DNA of 64,000 nt from Octopus bimaculoides (taxonomy: Eukaryota). Position numbers and translations under genes: made by a program. Where the stretch lies: contig NC_068986.1 in assembly GCF_001194135.2 (NCBI RefSeq), positions 5,161,033 to 5,225,032 of the forward strand, given 5' to 3'. The notes beneath the pieces were generated by a model, which saw nothing but the letters and a program-made list of their open reading frames with translations, made no database searches and was not told the DNA's origin. This document shows positions 1 through 12,281 of this stretch, piece by piece; positions within the stretch are counted from its first letter, which is position 1; each line of letters begins with the position of its first letter.

Positions 1-837
1 AAAAACAGAGTTAGGAAGAAAAAAACACTGTAGGTAGCTATAACCTCTGCTGTTTAGTTAGTTATTAACCCTGACCTAAGTGGAAGGAACCAACAAAAGA
101 GGAAGCTATAGATAGAAGTTGTGAAAGATGATCCCAGGATGCTAAAGTTCATGAAGAAGATGACAAGTAGCAAGACATTTTGCAAGGAGGATTCATCCAA
201 CTCATGTAAGCACAGAAACACAGGTGTTAAAACGGTAGTGATGATGATACATTTGATATACCTAAAATATTGATTAGCAGTCATCATAAATACAATTAAA
301 GACCATAGATATTAATTTTTTATTTGTATGACATGAATCATTCTTCAAAGTAATGTATAGTTACATAATGTCCATACTATGCCATAAAATACCATATAAA
401 ATATTTGTTCATGACAAATAGTAATTTATTGGTTAAAAGTTCTGCATAGAAACATCATCTGTTGTTTCAGATTCTGTCAGAAACTGCAGCAAAAAATTAC
501 AAGACAATTGTTATGTAATTGCTAAACCTAAAATTAGTAGTGAAATCTCACTCAATATAAACTCTACTCTCTTGTAAATAGGGTCAGATGTTTTAAGTTC
601 TAAACAGTCCTCAACCACTTTTTAACTCAGTATCCCCTTTTACTAAACTCTGTCTTACAAATGCCCTTCCCCAGGTTTTGCAAAACAAAACAGATTTAAT
701 CTAACAGGAGCTAATTTTGTGCAGTGCTTTAATATCTATATTTTCTTATATTATCCCATGGAGGCAATATGGCTGATGCTGGACTTGTGTAACTAGCACC
801 CATGCCGGTGACACATAAAAAGCACCTTCCGAGTGCT

Positions 838-1149
838 GGGCCTCACAGAGGCAATGACAAATGACCAAGACCTTTGGCAATATGTTGTGCTTGAGAAGAC
901 TCATCAAGTTAAGTGAAATCATAGTTGTGGTAGATATTGGTGTCATGCAAACTGACACCCATGCCAGTGAAACATAAAAGCACCCATTACACTTTCGAAG
1001 TGGTTGGCATTAGGAAGGGCATCCAGCCATAGAAACCATGCCAAATCAGACTAGGATCTGGCACTACCCCTCACCTTATCAGCCCTTGTCAAGCCATCCA
1101 ACGTATGCCAGCATGGACATCAGACACAAATGATGATGATGATGATGAT
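838..1149 (+). repeat. RTE LINE 3' end fragment with (GAT)n tail
   Basis: GLTEAMTNDQDLWQYVVLEK, then the UTR motif GGTTGGC.TTAGGAAGGGCATCCAG, then (GAT)n. Further copies at ~3008-3330, 6193-6365, 9380-9579, 15563-15740 and 18302-18442 (+), and ~13830-14010 and 60826-61040 (-). Confidence 0.7.
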
Positions 1150-1517
1150 ATCCCAGCCAGCATATGATCCTTTTTAGATACTTGCATAGACTAGTAACCC
1201 TATGTTGAATTTTTATGGAAATTACTAAAAACAGGCAAGGATTTACATTATAAATTATACTAGCCCTTGGTGCATCATCAATCATGTTTGTACTCACTGA
1301 TAAATGTCCTATTTATATTCCAGTTAAGACAAAGAATCTTTGAAAATATATTTTAAAGTATAATTATTGTATCTAACTTTAGTATTTTAATTCTGAGAAA
1401 AATCATAAACCCTCAAATACTCGGTGACTTCATAGTGCCCCTTTCACTTTTGTCACATCCTTGCAAACTCACAATGCCCCCAAGGGAGCACTACTGCCCA
1501 GGTTGAGACCAATGGTA

Positions 1518-1918
1518 TTCTTTTATTGGTTTCAGTCATTTGACTGTGGCCATGCTGGAGCAGCGTCTTTTTCAATCGAACAAATCGGCCCCAGGAGTTA
1601 TTTTTTGTAAGCCTAGTACTTATTCTATCGGTCTCTTTTCCGAACCACTAAGTTACGGGGATGTAAACACACCAACATCAGTTGTCAAGCAATGGTGGGG
1701 GGAGGGGGAGAAACACAGACACACAAACATATATACATATATATATGTATATACAACGAGCTTCTTTCAGTTTCCGTGTACCAAATCCACTCAGCAGGCT
1801 TTGGTCGGCCCAAGGCTACAACAGAAGACACTTGTCCAAGGAGTCATGTAGTGGGATTGAACCCAGAACCATGTGGTTGGGAAGCAAGCTTCTTATCATA
1901 CAGCCACTCCTGCGCCTA
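1518..1918 (-). mobile_element. SINE family 1 copy
   Basis: Reverse complement of the 51855-52263 sequence along its length. Confidence 0.85.
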
Positions 1919-3951
1919 TACTTTCAGTAAAGCTTAGACCAACACAGAATACTGATCAAAAGCTGTGACGTCATCCCAAAACTGGCAACTTGATTTCTGA
2001 CTTGTAGATTGTTTTTAATGAGTTTCATCCACAACCTTCAGTCAGCATTTCATCATCATCAGTTAACATCCAGCTTCCATGCTGTCTGTGAAGGTTAACT
2101 GACTAGTACATAATGTCCATTTTAAATTAAATATGTAAGGCATACATGCAATGATTATAACATAGATAATTAATTGATTAATCAACAATGCACTTTCAGG
2201 TAGATTAGACACAGACATAATTGCATAGTTAAGAAATGTGCTTTGCAACTGTGTGGTTTATAGTTCAGTCCTATTGTGTGGTACCCTAGGCAAGTGTCTT
2301 GTACAACCAATGCCTTGTGAGGGAATTTGGTAGAGAGTGAAACTCTGTAGAAACCCATTGTGTGTGTGTGCACGCACACATTTTTGTGTATATATTTGTC
2401 CCTCCATCACTCAACAATCAGTGTTGGTTTGTTTGTGTCTCCATAACTTAGCTGCTTGGCAAAAAGAGACTGATAGAATAAGTATTGGAGTTAATTTCTT
2501 TGACTTGAACCTTTCAAAATAGTACCCTAGCATAGCCCATTCCAGTTTCACTGAAACAAGTAAAAGAGTAAGAGAACCAGTCTGACTTGCAAACTCCCAA
2601 TCTCTCAATGGACAGATGACTATTTTTTCTCTAATGCAGATCTAACGAAACTAGAAAGCTGTCAGATGATTTCCTCTTCTTTCTGTTTACAGAAAGATTA
2701 ACACAAATGGTGTAGCCGCTTTGTGTAGCTTTCAAAGTGAGGCTAAAATTTTATGTGTTTTAAAACAATAATTACACCTTGCTTGCTTCAGGTCACCCCA
2801 TTAATCATTGATTTTTATCTCTATTCTAAGCTAGTTTAGCTATAAATTTCTCATATCTTATTCCTATAATCAATCACATTTCATCCTCGTGTTTTATATA
2901 GTTTCTTCTGAACATTTTATATTTCAAAATATAGTATTATCTCAAGTATAATGCAACCCTACAAAACACACTTTTTTGTAATTAAAAATATTTATGATCT
3001 TTGGTTGTTGAGTCTCACAAAGGCGATGACAAGTGACCAAGACTTCTGGCAATTTTCTGTGCTTCAGAAACACATCAAGCTAAGCGAACTCATGATCATG
3101 GCACATAAAAGGTACCCATGCCAGTGACACATATATGGCACCCATTTCAATGACACATAAAGGATGCCCAATGCACTCTGTGAAGTAGTTGGCCTTAGGA
3201 AGGGCATCCAGCTCTAGAAACCAAGCCCAAACAGATGACTGGAGCCTGCTGCGTCTCTGGCTCACCAACTCCAGTCAAACCATCTAACCCATGCCAACAT
3301 AGGAAACGGACATTAAATGATAATGATGATGCAATATTTAATATAACATTGTAAGCCTTATGCCTGATTTTTCACATCCATTCTTTTATCATAAAAGTGT
3401 ATATTGAAAACATTTTATTTTCACTAATAGCATATTCTATTGATATAACATTTCCATTTTAAACTGTAATCTTTTAAATCATTTAATCACTTTTAAATAA
3501 TACAATGTAAAACTACACATCACTACTAACCTGGTAACAGGATTAACAACCGTCATTGGATCTATTCACTAAACATTTAATGTTTCATAGCTGTAAGCAA
3601 TTAAGTGTATAAATTAATTGTTAGACATCTCAGGTCTACTATCTTTGTTTTCACAGGTTTGTTGTTCATTCATTTACAGATCTGTTTTTCCATGTTAGCA
3701 TGGGTTGAACAAATATGTTCAACCATTGTGTTATAGCAAGATACCCTTCCCTAATTTTCAAGAAATAGATATTTTTTCCCATTTATCTTTGGAAGCTCAG
3801 GATTATGGGATGATTATTAACCAGGAATGTCAACAAATATCACCCTATTTTTTTTTATCATCGCCTGTACTTGCTTCCATGCAAGCACAGGCAATGTAAA
3901 CAATCACACAAACAAACATGCATGTTCACACACGTGCGCACACACATACAC

Positions 3952-3988
<37 letters not shown>

Positions 3989-3998
3989 NNNNNNNNNN

Positions 3999-4039
<41 letters not shown>

Positions 4040-4125
4040 CAAATATGCAAGAAACAAAAGACAAAGACAGGTCTAGGAATAACAAGCAGGTGTATTAATT
4101 TAACATTCAGGAAGAATGGAAAAGA

Positions 4126-4161
4126 CTTCTACATTTTGAGCTTACACTCTTCAACAGAAAG
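4126..4161 (-). ncRNA. degenerate hammerhead-like motif of a second family
   Basis: Minus strand reads CTTT-CTGTTGA-A-GAG(tgtaag)CTC-AAAA-TGTA-GAAG. The geometry fits a minimal HHR, but A6, G12 and the helix III C are substituted. A truncated relative (CTTTCTGTGGAAGAG) lies near 5868-5885. Confidence 0.4.
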
Positions 4162-4961
4162 GATTAAGAGGTAAAAAAAGAGAGAATAAAAAAATAAAAC
4201 AGAAAGAGAAGAAAATGGCAAAGTTATAAAAATACAGAGTTCAAAAGTTCAGAAAGTTTAAAGTCATGGTAGATTAGTGCAATTTACATCAACGAAAGTA
4301 GCCAGTAAGATCCATGGAGGTAGAGTCCAAAAGAGTATGAAGATCCAGTGATAATCTCGGTAGATTGCTAGTTATGTGGATGAGGAGGTGTTTGTTGGTG
4401 TGCATGCATGTGAGAGTGAAGAAAAGAATGGCAATAGCACTCAACTCATGTAGTTGAAATTGTATTTATTGAGTAATGGATTGACTCTGCTGCCACAAAA
4501 TTGTTGGACTAAGTCAACCTGTTACTTGATATACACACGTGGATGGACAAATAAAAGAAAAAGGCACTCAAAACATTCAGTAGGAGTTACATGTATTATT
4601 TTTAAATAGTTTGATTTGGCTCTATGCGATTTGAAATTTTGCGGGCCTCTAACATAAGCTTGTCTCTTTCAAGCTTAGATTACTGAATGGAGAAATACAG
4701 GAAGTCCAAGATGGCTACCAGAAAATAGGTTGCTATGGGTCATATGGTGTTATCAGAGTAGGATCAGTTGCTCAGCAACATCAGTTCCTTTAAAAAGGGG
4801 AATTCCTTTGTTTCTGGACAGGAAGTATTTTTTTCATATATGTATATGTACAGTTCTATATTTAAGAGATGAGGAATTATGTACATTATTTACATTTGAT
4901 GGATATTTGTCCTCATCTTGTTTGTTGTTAACACAATGTTTCGGCTGATATACTCTCCAGC

Positions 4962-4971
4962 NNNNNNNNNN
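4962..4971. other. assembly gap (10 N placeholder)
   Basis: Other gaps at 3989-3998, 6182-6191, 18216-18225 and 51037-51046; true sizes unknown. Confidence 0.99.
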
Positions 4972-4986
4972 ATCTTGTTTGTTGTT

Positions 4987-5032
4987 AACACAATGTTTCG
5001 GCTGATATACTCTCCAGCATTCTTCAGGTGTC
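4987..5032 (-). ncRNA. mirror-arm hammerhead copy, partly decayed
   Basis: Minus strand reads GACAC-CTGAAGA-ATGCTG(gagagtatat)CAGCC-GAAA-CATT-GTGTT. The core is kept, but stem II has a mismatch and ACGT has become ACAT. Confidence 0.6.
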
Positions 5033-5312
5033 TTGGGGAAATTTCAAACCAGGGTTCTCATTCCTAAGGTATTTTTTGATGTTATTAAAACGAATTAATT
5101 ATTATTATTATTCAGGTCACTGCCTGGAATCGAACTCAGAATCTTGGGGTTAGTAGCCCACACTCTTGCATATGGCATAGTGGTTAAGAGCGCAGGCTAC
5201 TAAACCCAGGATTCCGAGTTCGATTCCAGGCAGTGGCCTGAATAATAATAATAATAATAATAACATCGAAAAATACCTAAGGAATGAGAACCCTGGTTTG
5301 AAATTTCCCCAA

Positions 5313-5358
5313 GACACCTGATGAAGGCTGGAGGGTATATCAGCCGAAACGTTGTGTT
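5313..5358 (+). ncRNA. minimal type I hammerhead ribozyme (dimer-type helix III)
   Basis: GACAC-CTGATGA-A-GGCTG(gagggtatat)CAGCC-GAAA-CGTT-GTGTT. Stem I GACAC/GTGTT, 5-bp stem II, full CUGAUGA and GAAA core, palindromic ACGU helix III. Predicted cleavage after GUU at 5353. Confidence 0.8.
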
Positions 5359-5770
5359 AACAACAAACAAGATGAGGACAAATATATGTCAAATGTAAAT
5401 AATGTATAAATATATAGTTCAAATTTACAGAAAACAAAAGATAAAGACAGGTGATGGTAATAAGCAACTTGCTAGGTGTCAGCATAGCTGTGTGGTAAGA
5501 AGCTTGCTTCCCAACCACATGGTTCCAGGTTCAGTCCTACTGCATGGCACTTTAGGCAAGTGGAAACTGAAAGAAGCCCGTCATATATATATATTTGTGT
5601 GTGTGTGTCTGTCCCCCCACCACCAGCACCATTGCTTAACAACCGATGTTGTTGCGTTTACATTCCCATAACTTAGCAGTTCAGCAAAAGACATTGATAG
5701 ACTAAGTACCAGATGTTAAAAGATAAGTCTTGGGGTTGCAGTCAAATGACTGAAACAAGTAGAAGATAAA

Positions 5771-5849
<79 letters not shown>

Positions 5850-6635
5850 GGGAGATACACTCTTCCACAGAAAGGAACACACAAAGAAACAAGGAGAGAA
5901 AAAAATGTGTGTAGTGGTTAGCGATCTATCATGGCGATATATATATATATATATATATAATATTAATAATTACTTACACAATATTTATTTTCTAGTTATA
6001 TACAGCATATTACAATGACCTACATGTGGTTCCACTGTAGTGACTGCACATTGTTGCAGATGCAACCTTGCAATATTGTCAGTCCAGTTTCATCAGGATC
6101 CGTCCATTTGGTCTTCTAAAAATATGAGAAAATGAACTGGACAACTTCTCCGATTGTGATCGCTGCCAGCCCCCCCCCCCCNNNNNNNNNNATAAAAAGC
6201 ACCCACTACACTCTCGGAGTGGTTGGCTTTAGGAAAGGCATCCAGCGGTAGAAACACTGCCAGATAAGACTGGAGCCTGGTGCAGCCTCCTGGCTTCCCA
6301 GACCCCAGTCGAATTGCCCAGCCCATGCCAGCATGGAAAACGGGCATTAAACGATGATGATGATATATATATGCTTAATTGGCAAAATTTACAAAGTGCC
6401 TCAAGAGCTGAGTGTTTTGTGCATTGACACTTATCAAACTAGTTTGATAAATAACTGTTCTGGTTCTTTGCACTGTGACAGAAATGTATACAATGACATG
6501 GTGCCAAGTTGTATTGGCCTAAGTTGGTTGCCTTTCCTTTGGAGAACACCAGTGGTGTGGTAAAGAGAGACTTGTATACATAAGTCATCATCAGTCTCTG
6601 CTAAAAAAAAGCAGTCTTGCTTAGACCTGCTCATA

Positions 6636-6851
6636 TGAGGAGGCGCAGAAAAGTTCCTGGCTTTGGGTAAAAGAAAACACTGGAGGATCAGTTAACTATG
6701 ATTTTATTCAACATATTCACCTCTCAGATTCACACACTTATTGCAGCAGTACTTCAGTTTTCTAAGCTCTATAAAAGAACTCGGAAGGTTGAGCCTCCAA
6801 CCAGGCCTTTCGCTACACCCTTAAAGCCAGGAACTTTTCAACACTCCCCCA
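6636..6851. mobile_element. mariner-derived MITE, same family as 16021-16237
   Basis: TA flanks, same TIRs and interior; a partial third copy lies at ~43846-44015 in the opposite orientation. Confidence 0.8.
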
Positions 6852-7324
6852 TACAAGTGTAAATAAATAATCAGTCTTCACCAACAGAGGCTTACTCCTG
6901 GTCTTGCCATGTCATTGTGTCCACAAGGGTTTTAAAGGTAGCTTGAGACAGGAATTGAACTAACCAGTCTCATTACTTTAATAATTCATCAAGTTTCCTT
7001 CAGTTTTTCTGAATTATGATTGTATATCATAAAAAATGATTGAATTATTATATTAACTTCAAGTTGACAGACAAGTTATTAATATATTGCTTTTAACATC
7101 TGCAAGTGTAGCATCACAAACAGGATTGTCAATACATTGACCTGGTTGATGGGTTTTTTTTTATTGTTGTTTGTTGGATTCCATATATTTATTGCTGAAC
7201 AAGTTTTTAATAAGTTATTTCATGTCAATGTTGTATCTGTTGTTTTCTTTCTTTCTTTTTTTATTATTGACTACCAAACTCCATTTATCGTTTTTTTTAT
7301 TATTCATTTTTGTCTTTGAATTAG

Positions 7325-7444
7325 TTATCTGGCACTGTAGATGATTGTGAATGCAAAGTAGAAAATGTTGACTTTTTCAACAATCTTCGAGTACAACCAT
7401 TATTGCACAAGATTCTCCAAACAGATTACTTCAGATATTTCAAA
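7325..7444 (+). CDS. ERO1: ERO1 exon: [40 protein letters not shown]
   Basis: ttag|TTA...AAA|gtaagt; 120 nt, phase 0-0; matches human VSGYLDDCTC...DYFRYYK. Confidence 0.95.
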
Positions 7445-10400
7445 GTAAGTAATATACATAACTTTTTTTTTTTAAGTTATTGTTATTTTTGTATCATCCT
7501 TAAATGACACTTGAAACTCTTTATGAAGGGAACTTTATTTTTACTATAGCAGTGACCACTTTACTAATGAGAGGCAATAATAATAATAATAATAATAATA
7601 GAATACCATGATAAAATAAGTATTTCAAAACAGTAGAGTTATGCTGATACAGTAAAATGGCATAAATAGAGCAAGTTAAAGGGCAAGAGTAGAATGGTTC
7701 AATGTTCAGAAGTAACAAAGAAATTATTATTTCAAACAATCAACATCAGTGAAATTTACATTCATTCATCTATACATGAATTAGATAGTAAACACGGTAA
7801 CTTCTTTTTTTTTTTTTTTCTTTCCTGTCCATGAAACTTGGTTCTGTCAATTCAGATATGGCTGGCTGTGTGGTTAAGAAGTTTGCTAAGCAACTGTATG
7901 CTTTCAGATTCAACTCCACTGCAAGTGTCTCCTATTATAGTTTTAAATCATCCAAAGCTTTGTGAGTGAAATTTGACTTACAGAAATTGTGTGGAATTTG
8001 TCAAACAGACTATTTATGCTTTTGGTAGTCAGCTTAATCTCTCTCTCCAAATTTGACATCAGCACTTGACCCTTTAGTACTTGCAGTGAAATCCACTTTG
8101 TAGCAAACTCTGTGGTGTGGCTCCTTTAGTTTTGTCAAAGACATGACAACCTTTTTTTGAGCTAGTGCCATAATAAAATACACCCATTATACTCTATAAA
8201 CTGCTTGGTGTCAGGAATGGCATTTGATCAGAGAAATCAAACCAAAAAGGAAGCAATATTTTAGTTCTCTATCTCGCCTAAGAGGGTAGTAACTCCAAAT
8301 AAGAACCGACTCAGACTACAAGCCATTCACCTTATGCCAGTACATAAAACAGGTGTGTAGTGATGATAATGATATTATTTTTAACATATGGTTATAGGTG
8401 TAGACATGCCTGTGTGGTTGAGCAATTCATTTCCCAACCACCCGGTTTCAGGTTCACTCTGACAGCACAGCACTTTGGGCCTACCAAATTTGTTTCTAAT
8501 TGTACAGTTATAACATTATTTTTAAAAACTATAATTTAAAAGCATCCCATAGATTTTGAGGATTTTCAAAGTTGATTTTACTCTAGATTTGATAGATGGA
8601 AAATTACAGATCATCTATATGTGTGTGTGTGCATGCATGTGTCTGGTGTGTTTATTTACGTACATCTGCATTCACTTGAGTGAAAGTGCAGCAAGAAGTG
8701 TGTGTTGTCAGTTTCTTCTATCAACAAAATTATTCAGGCACTTCATGTCTTTAAAGCTGTATGGAATAGGCAATTCCTTACTTGAAAAAGAGGCATGGTT
8801 TAGTGTCAGGAAGGTCATTTGGCTGTAAAACAATGCTTCAGATAACATATTCATCCAACCCATACAAGGCATGAAAAAGGCATAAACTGAACATCTTAAC
8901 ACCCACATTCTCGATCTCTCTGGAGGACTGACAGTGGGTTCATTTTACATTTGCAGTCTCAATGCCTCTCCCTTTCTGAACTAACCTATAACCCTCACAC
9001 ATCCCTTTTTGGATCCTCACCACTCTCATCTATTTCCACTCTTTTGTGTTACTTTTCCACCTTCAGATCTTCTGTCTCACCCTTATAATGTGGGACAGCC
9101 CTGTACCCTTTTCTACAACCCCTTCTACACAACCCACTTCATCACTTTTACCACTCTGTCCCTCCCTTTCTCACTGATCCATGACTAATCCTTTCACTTT
9201 CCCCTGTTCCGTCTGTACTCCCTCTCCAAGTGTCCACTCTGTTACTCTCTCTACTACCACTTTCCCACAACGATAAACCTATTCTTCTCACCATACTTCA
9301 CCTTCTCTTATCACATTGCCTAAAATCATCACATTTTCCCTCTTTCTTGTTCTCCTTCATGTATGGAGAGCAAGATGACTTCACTGGTGCTGGTGTCATG
9401 AAAAAGCACCCAGTACATCCTGTAAAATAGTTAGTATTAGAAAGGGCAACTAACCATAGAAATTATGCCAAAATGGACATTGAGGCATGATTTGGTCCTC
9501 CAGTTTGTTGGATTCTGTTGAAATCATCCAATCTGTGCCAGCATGGAGAGTGGACATTTAATGATGATGATGATGATGATTCCTACTAATATCAATTTTA
9601 ACATACTTATTCTTAGGGATATCATTTTTAACACATATTTGTAGCATTATCCTTTTGACATACTTATTCATAGTAATATTATTTTTAACATACTTATTCA
9701 TAGTGATATTATTTCTAACATATTTATTCATAGTGTTATCCTGATTTATCTCACAATACTATCTTACCATTAAAATAGTTCACACCTTGTATTCCAACTT
9801 TTGAGAATGCTGGCAAGCATTCTAATCAGATTTTTATGAAGCTAAGTTGTATCTGACAACGTCCTTGCTTGCATTCTTTATCTATATCTATGTGTATTTC
9901 ATATCTCTCTCTCTCTCTCTCTGAACCACTCACCATAACAGCTGTTCTGAAGTGTCCACTTTGCCTTGCTAAACTCAAAAACCACAGAAACTATAAAACT
10001 ATTCTTTCTGAAAAAGGTATATGTTAAAAGTGGATGGCAGTGCAACAGCATGGCCACAATCTCTGGCTAAAACCAATAATAGAATTCTACTGTACAAAAA
10101 TTTAAATATTTTATAATCTGTTTCTAGTTGTACAATTATAACAGTACTTTTTAAACATTATAATTTAAAAGTATCATATAGATTTTGAGGATTTTCAAAG
10201 TTGATTTTACTCTAAAATAATATCAATTGCAGGTAAATTTGAATAAAAAATGTCCTTTTTGGTATGATGATCATCAATGTTCTTTGAAAGACTGTGCTAT
10301 AGACAAATGTAAAATGGTAAGTAAATATAATTTCCTTTATATAATCAACATCTTTTAATTTTCATCATCTTATTGGTGTGCATTTCTCAATACTTACAAA

Positions 10401-12214
10401 TGTTTTATTGACCTGCCATGTTGTATAACATCTTTTGTCTCAATCCTATATCTGTCATCCATCAGGTCCAACACAGTGGCCTCACCGTTTCTTCCCAAGT
10501 TCTTTTTCATCACCGTCTGTCTCTATTAGTTTCCACTTTCAGTTCACATCATATTTCCATCTAGCAAGTGCGACCTATTTACATGTTCTTTAAGGCATCA
10601 AGCTTGCAGAATTGTTAGCATGTCAAGCAAAATGCATAGGAGCATTTCAATCTGTCTTTACATTCTGGGTTCAAATTCTGCCAAGGTTGACTTTGCATTT
10701 CATCCTTTCGGGGGTCAAGAAAATAAGTACCTGTTGAGCACTGGGGTCGATCTTATTGACATATCCCTCCTGTGAAATTGCCTGCCTTGTGCCTAAACTT
10801 GAAAGCTATTTACATGTTCTTTCTGGTGTAGCACATTCCATGTACAAATTACGAATGTACAAATATATCCTTAGCTCACTTTCACTCAGCCTTTTTACAC
10901 AAGCTAACATTGAACATATCACAACTAACTCCTCTATTTTCCACAGTCAGCACTCATGTCACACTTCTTAAAACAATATTTGCATCACCTCTTTTATACA
11001 AGAAGAGAAACCATTTGTTGGTAAAAGAGGTAATAGTTTCTTGTACTTCTTCCGTTCTTTTTTACACCCATAGCTACTATAAGAAGCTTGCTTCCCAACC
11101 ACATTGTTCTTGGTTCACTCCCACTGCTTGGCACTTTGGACAAGTGTCTTCTACTTTAGCTTTGGGTCAACCAAAGCCTTGCGAATGGATTTGGTAGACG
11201 GAAACTGAAAGAAACCCATCATGTATATATACATATATTTGTGTGTATGTGTTAGTTCCCCACCACTGCTTGATAACTGGTGTGAGTGTGTTCATGTCCC
11301 CGTAACTTCCAGCAAATGAGCTTACCTCCTCGGGGGTACTAAATAGCAACCAGACCGTTGCAAATTTGGCCCCTGAGCAATAAATTTGACAGTTGGCAGA
11401 TATTCTGCCAACTCTTTTTCGATAATGTCTTTTTTAAATTGAACAATGGCGTCGAGTGACCTAGAATAGATCCTCAGCACCACCATTCTATTATTAAAGT
11501 CCTTTAACCACTCCTTGGGTGGGACAACCTCCCACTCCAAGGCAGTGGCTTCATTCTTTTTTGCCATGTGTAAAAAGTTCACAAAAGTTCAAAGAAGTTC
11601 AAAGAAAAACAAACAGTCTAAGAAAGTCCAAAAACAAAAAAACAGTTGAAGCAAAAAATAAAAAGAAGCACAGTTCAAAATAAAAAGGATAGACAGAGAA
11701 AAATAGAAGAAAACAGTTCTACACAGCAAAAACGACAATCCTGGCTAACAGGTACTTTAGGCCAACTGGAACTCTGCAGCAGGAACTTTTAGATGATAAA
11801 AAACCACGAACACAGGCCACAGCTGACAGCAACAGCAACTGGAACAAAATTTCAAGTCTTCAGGCAGATACGCCCCCAACACTTCTTTTTTTTTTTTTTT
11901 TTTTTTTTGTTACACAAGCAAAAAATAACACAATAGCCGCCAAGAGCAGGCGGAATTGTCCCAGAGCTGGGCACAATTTACTGAAAAAATAATTCACACA
12001 CAATGAAGTATGCCCAGCTCAAAACAACAAAATCACCTACCTCGACGGACTTCCTTTGGTCTTATTTTTCTTCTTTTTTCATTTTAGGACAGAGCTCAAA
12101 GCTCACGTCCTCACTGTTCAATATCAAGAAGTTGACTTAACATGCATGTGCGGGAAGCAAGCTTCTTACCATATAGCCATGCCTGCACCTATAACCTACA
12201 TGGTGGTGTATAAT

Positions 12215-12281
<67 letters not shown>

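Larger units (their letters stand above)
4849..5406. mobile_element. palindromic element: two head-to-head tRNA-like SINE heads, each followed by (AAT)n and a Penelope-type hammerhead-containing tail
   Basis: Arms of ~220-230 nt (approx. 4879-5167 vs 5186-5406) are reverse complements with scattered mismatches. A box TGGCATAGTGG at 5173-5183 and B box GTTCGATTCC at 5218-5227. Hammerhead cores occur in both arms. Confidence 0.8.

Noticed and set aside
54-287. 77-aa hydrophobic minus-strand ORF
   Set aside because: It overlaps a decayed repeat tail ending in (GAT)n; no recognisable homology or splice context.
1540-1937. Recurrent ORFs such as [15 protein letters not shown] in many places
   Set aside because: These are chance open frames in SINE family 1 copies.
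2693-2736. 44-nt exon-like segment with a strong acceptor and GTGAGG donor
   Set aside because: No ERO1 similarity in any frame. It could be a UTR or pseudo-exon but cannot be supported from sequence.
4915-5018. Apparent tandem duplication of the hammerhead-containing 47 nt, which would suit dimer cleavage
   Set aside because: The two identical copies sit exactly on either side of a 10-N gap, typical of unmerged contig overlap.
5168-5240. tRNA gene
   Set aside because: It has A/B boxes and an anticodon-like loop but no proper acceptor stem, and runs into a repeat body, so it is a SINE-type head. The same applies to the heads at 47528 and 16711.
7137-7319. ORF with signal-peptide-like start (MGFFLLLFVGF) just upstream of the first ERO1 exon
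   Set aside because: It is T-rich intronic sequence, lacks the conserved CFC motif, ends in a stop before the acceptor, and has no convincing phase-0 donor.
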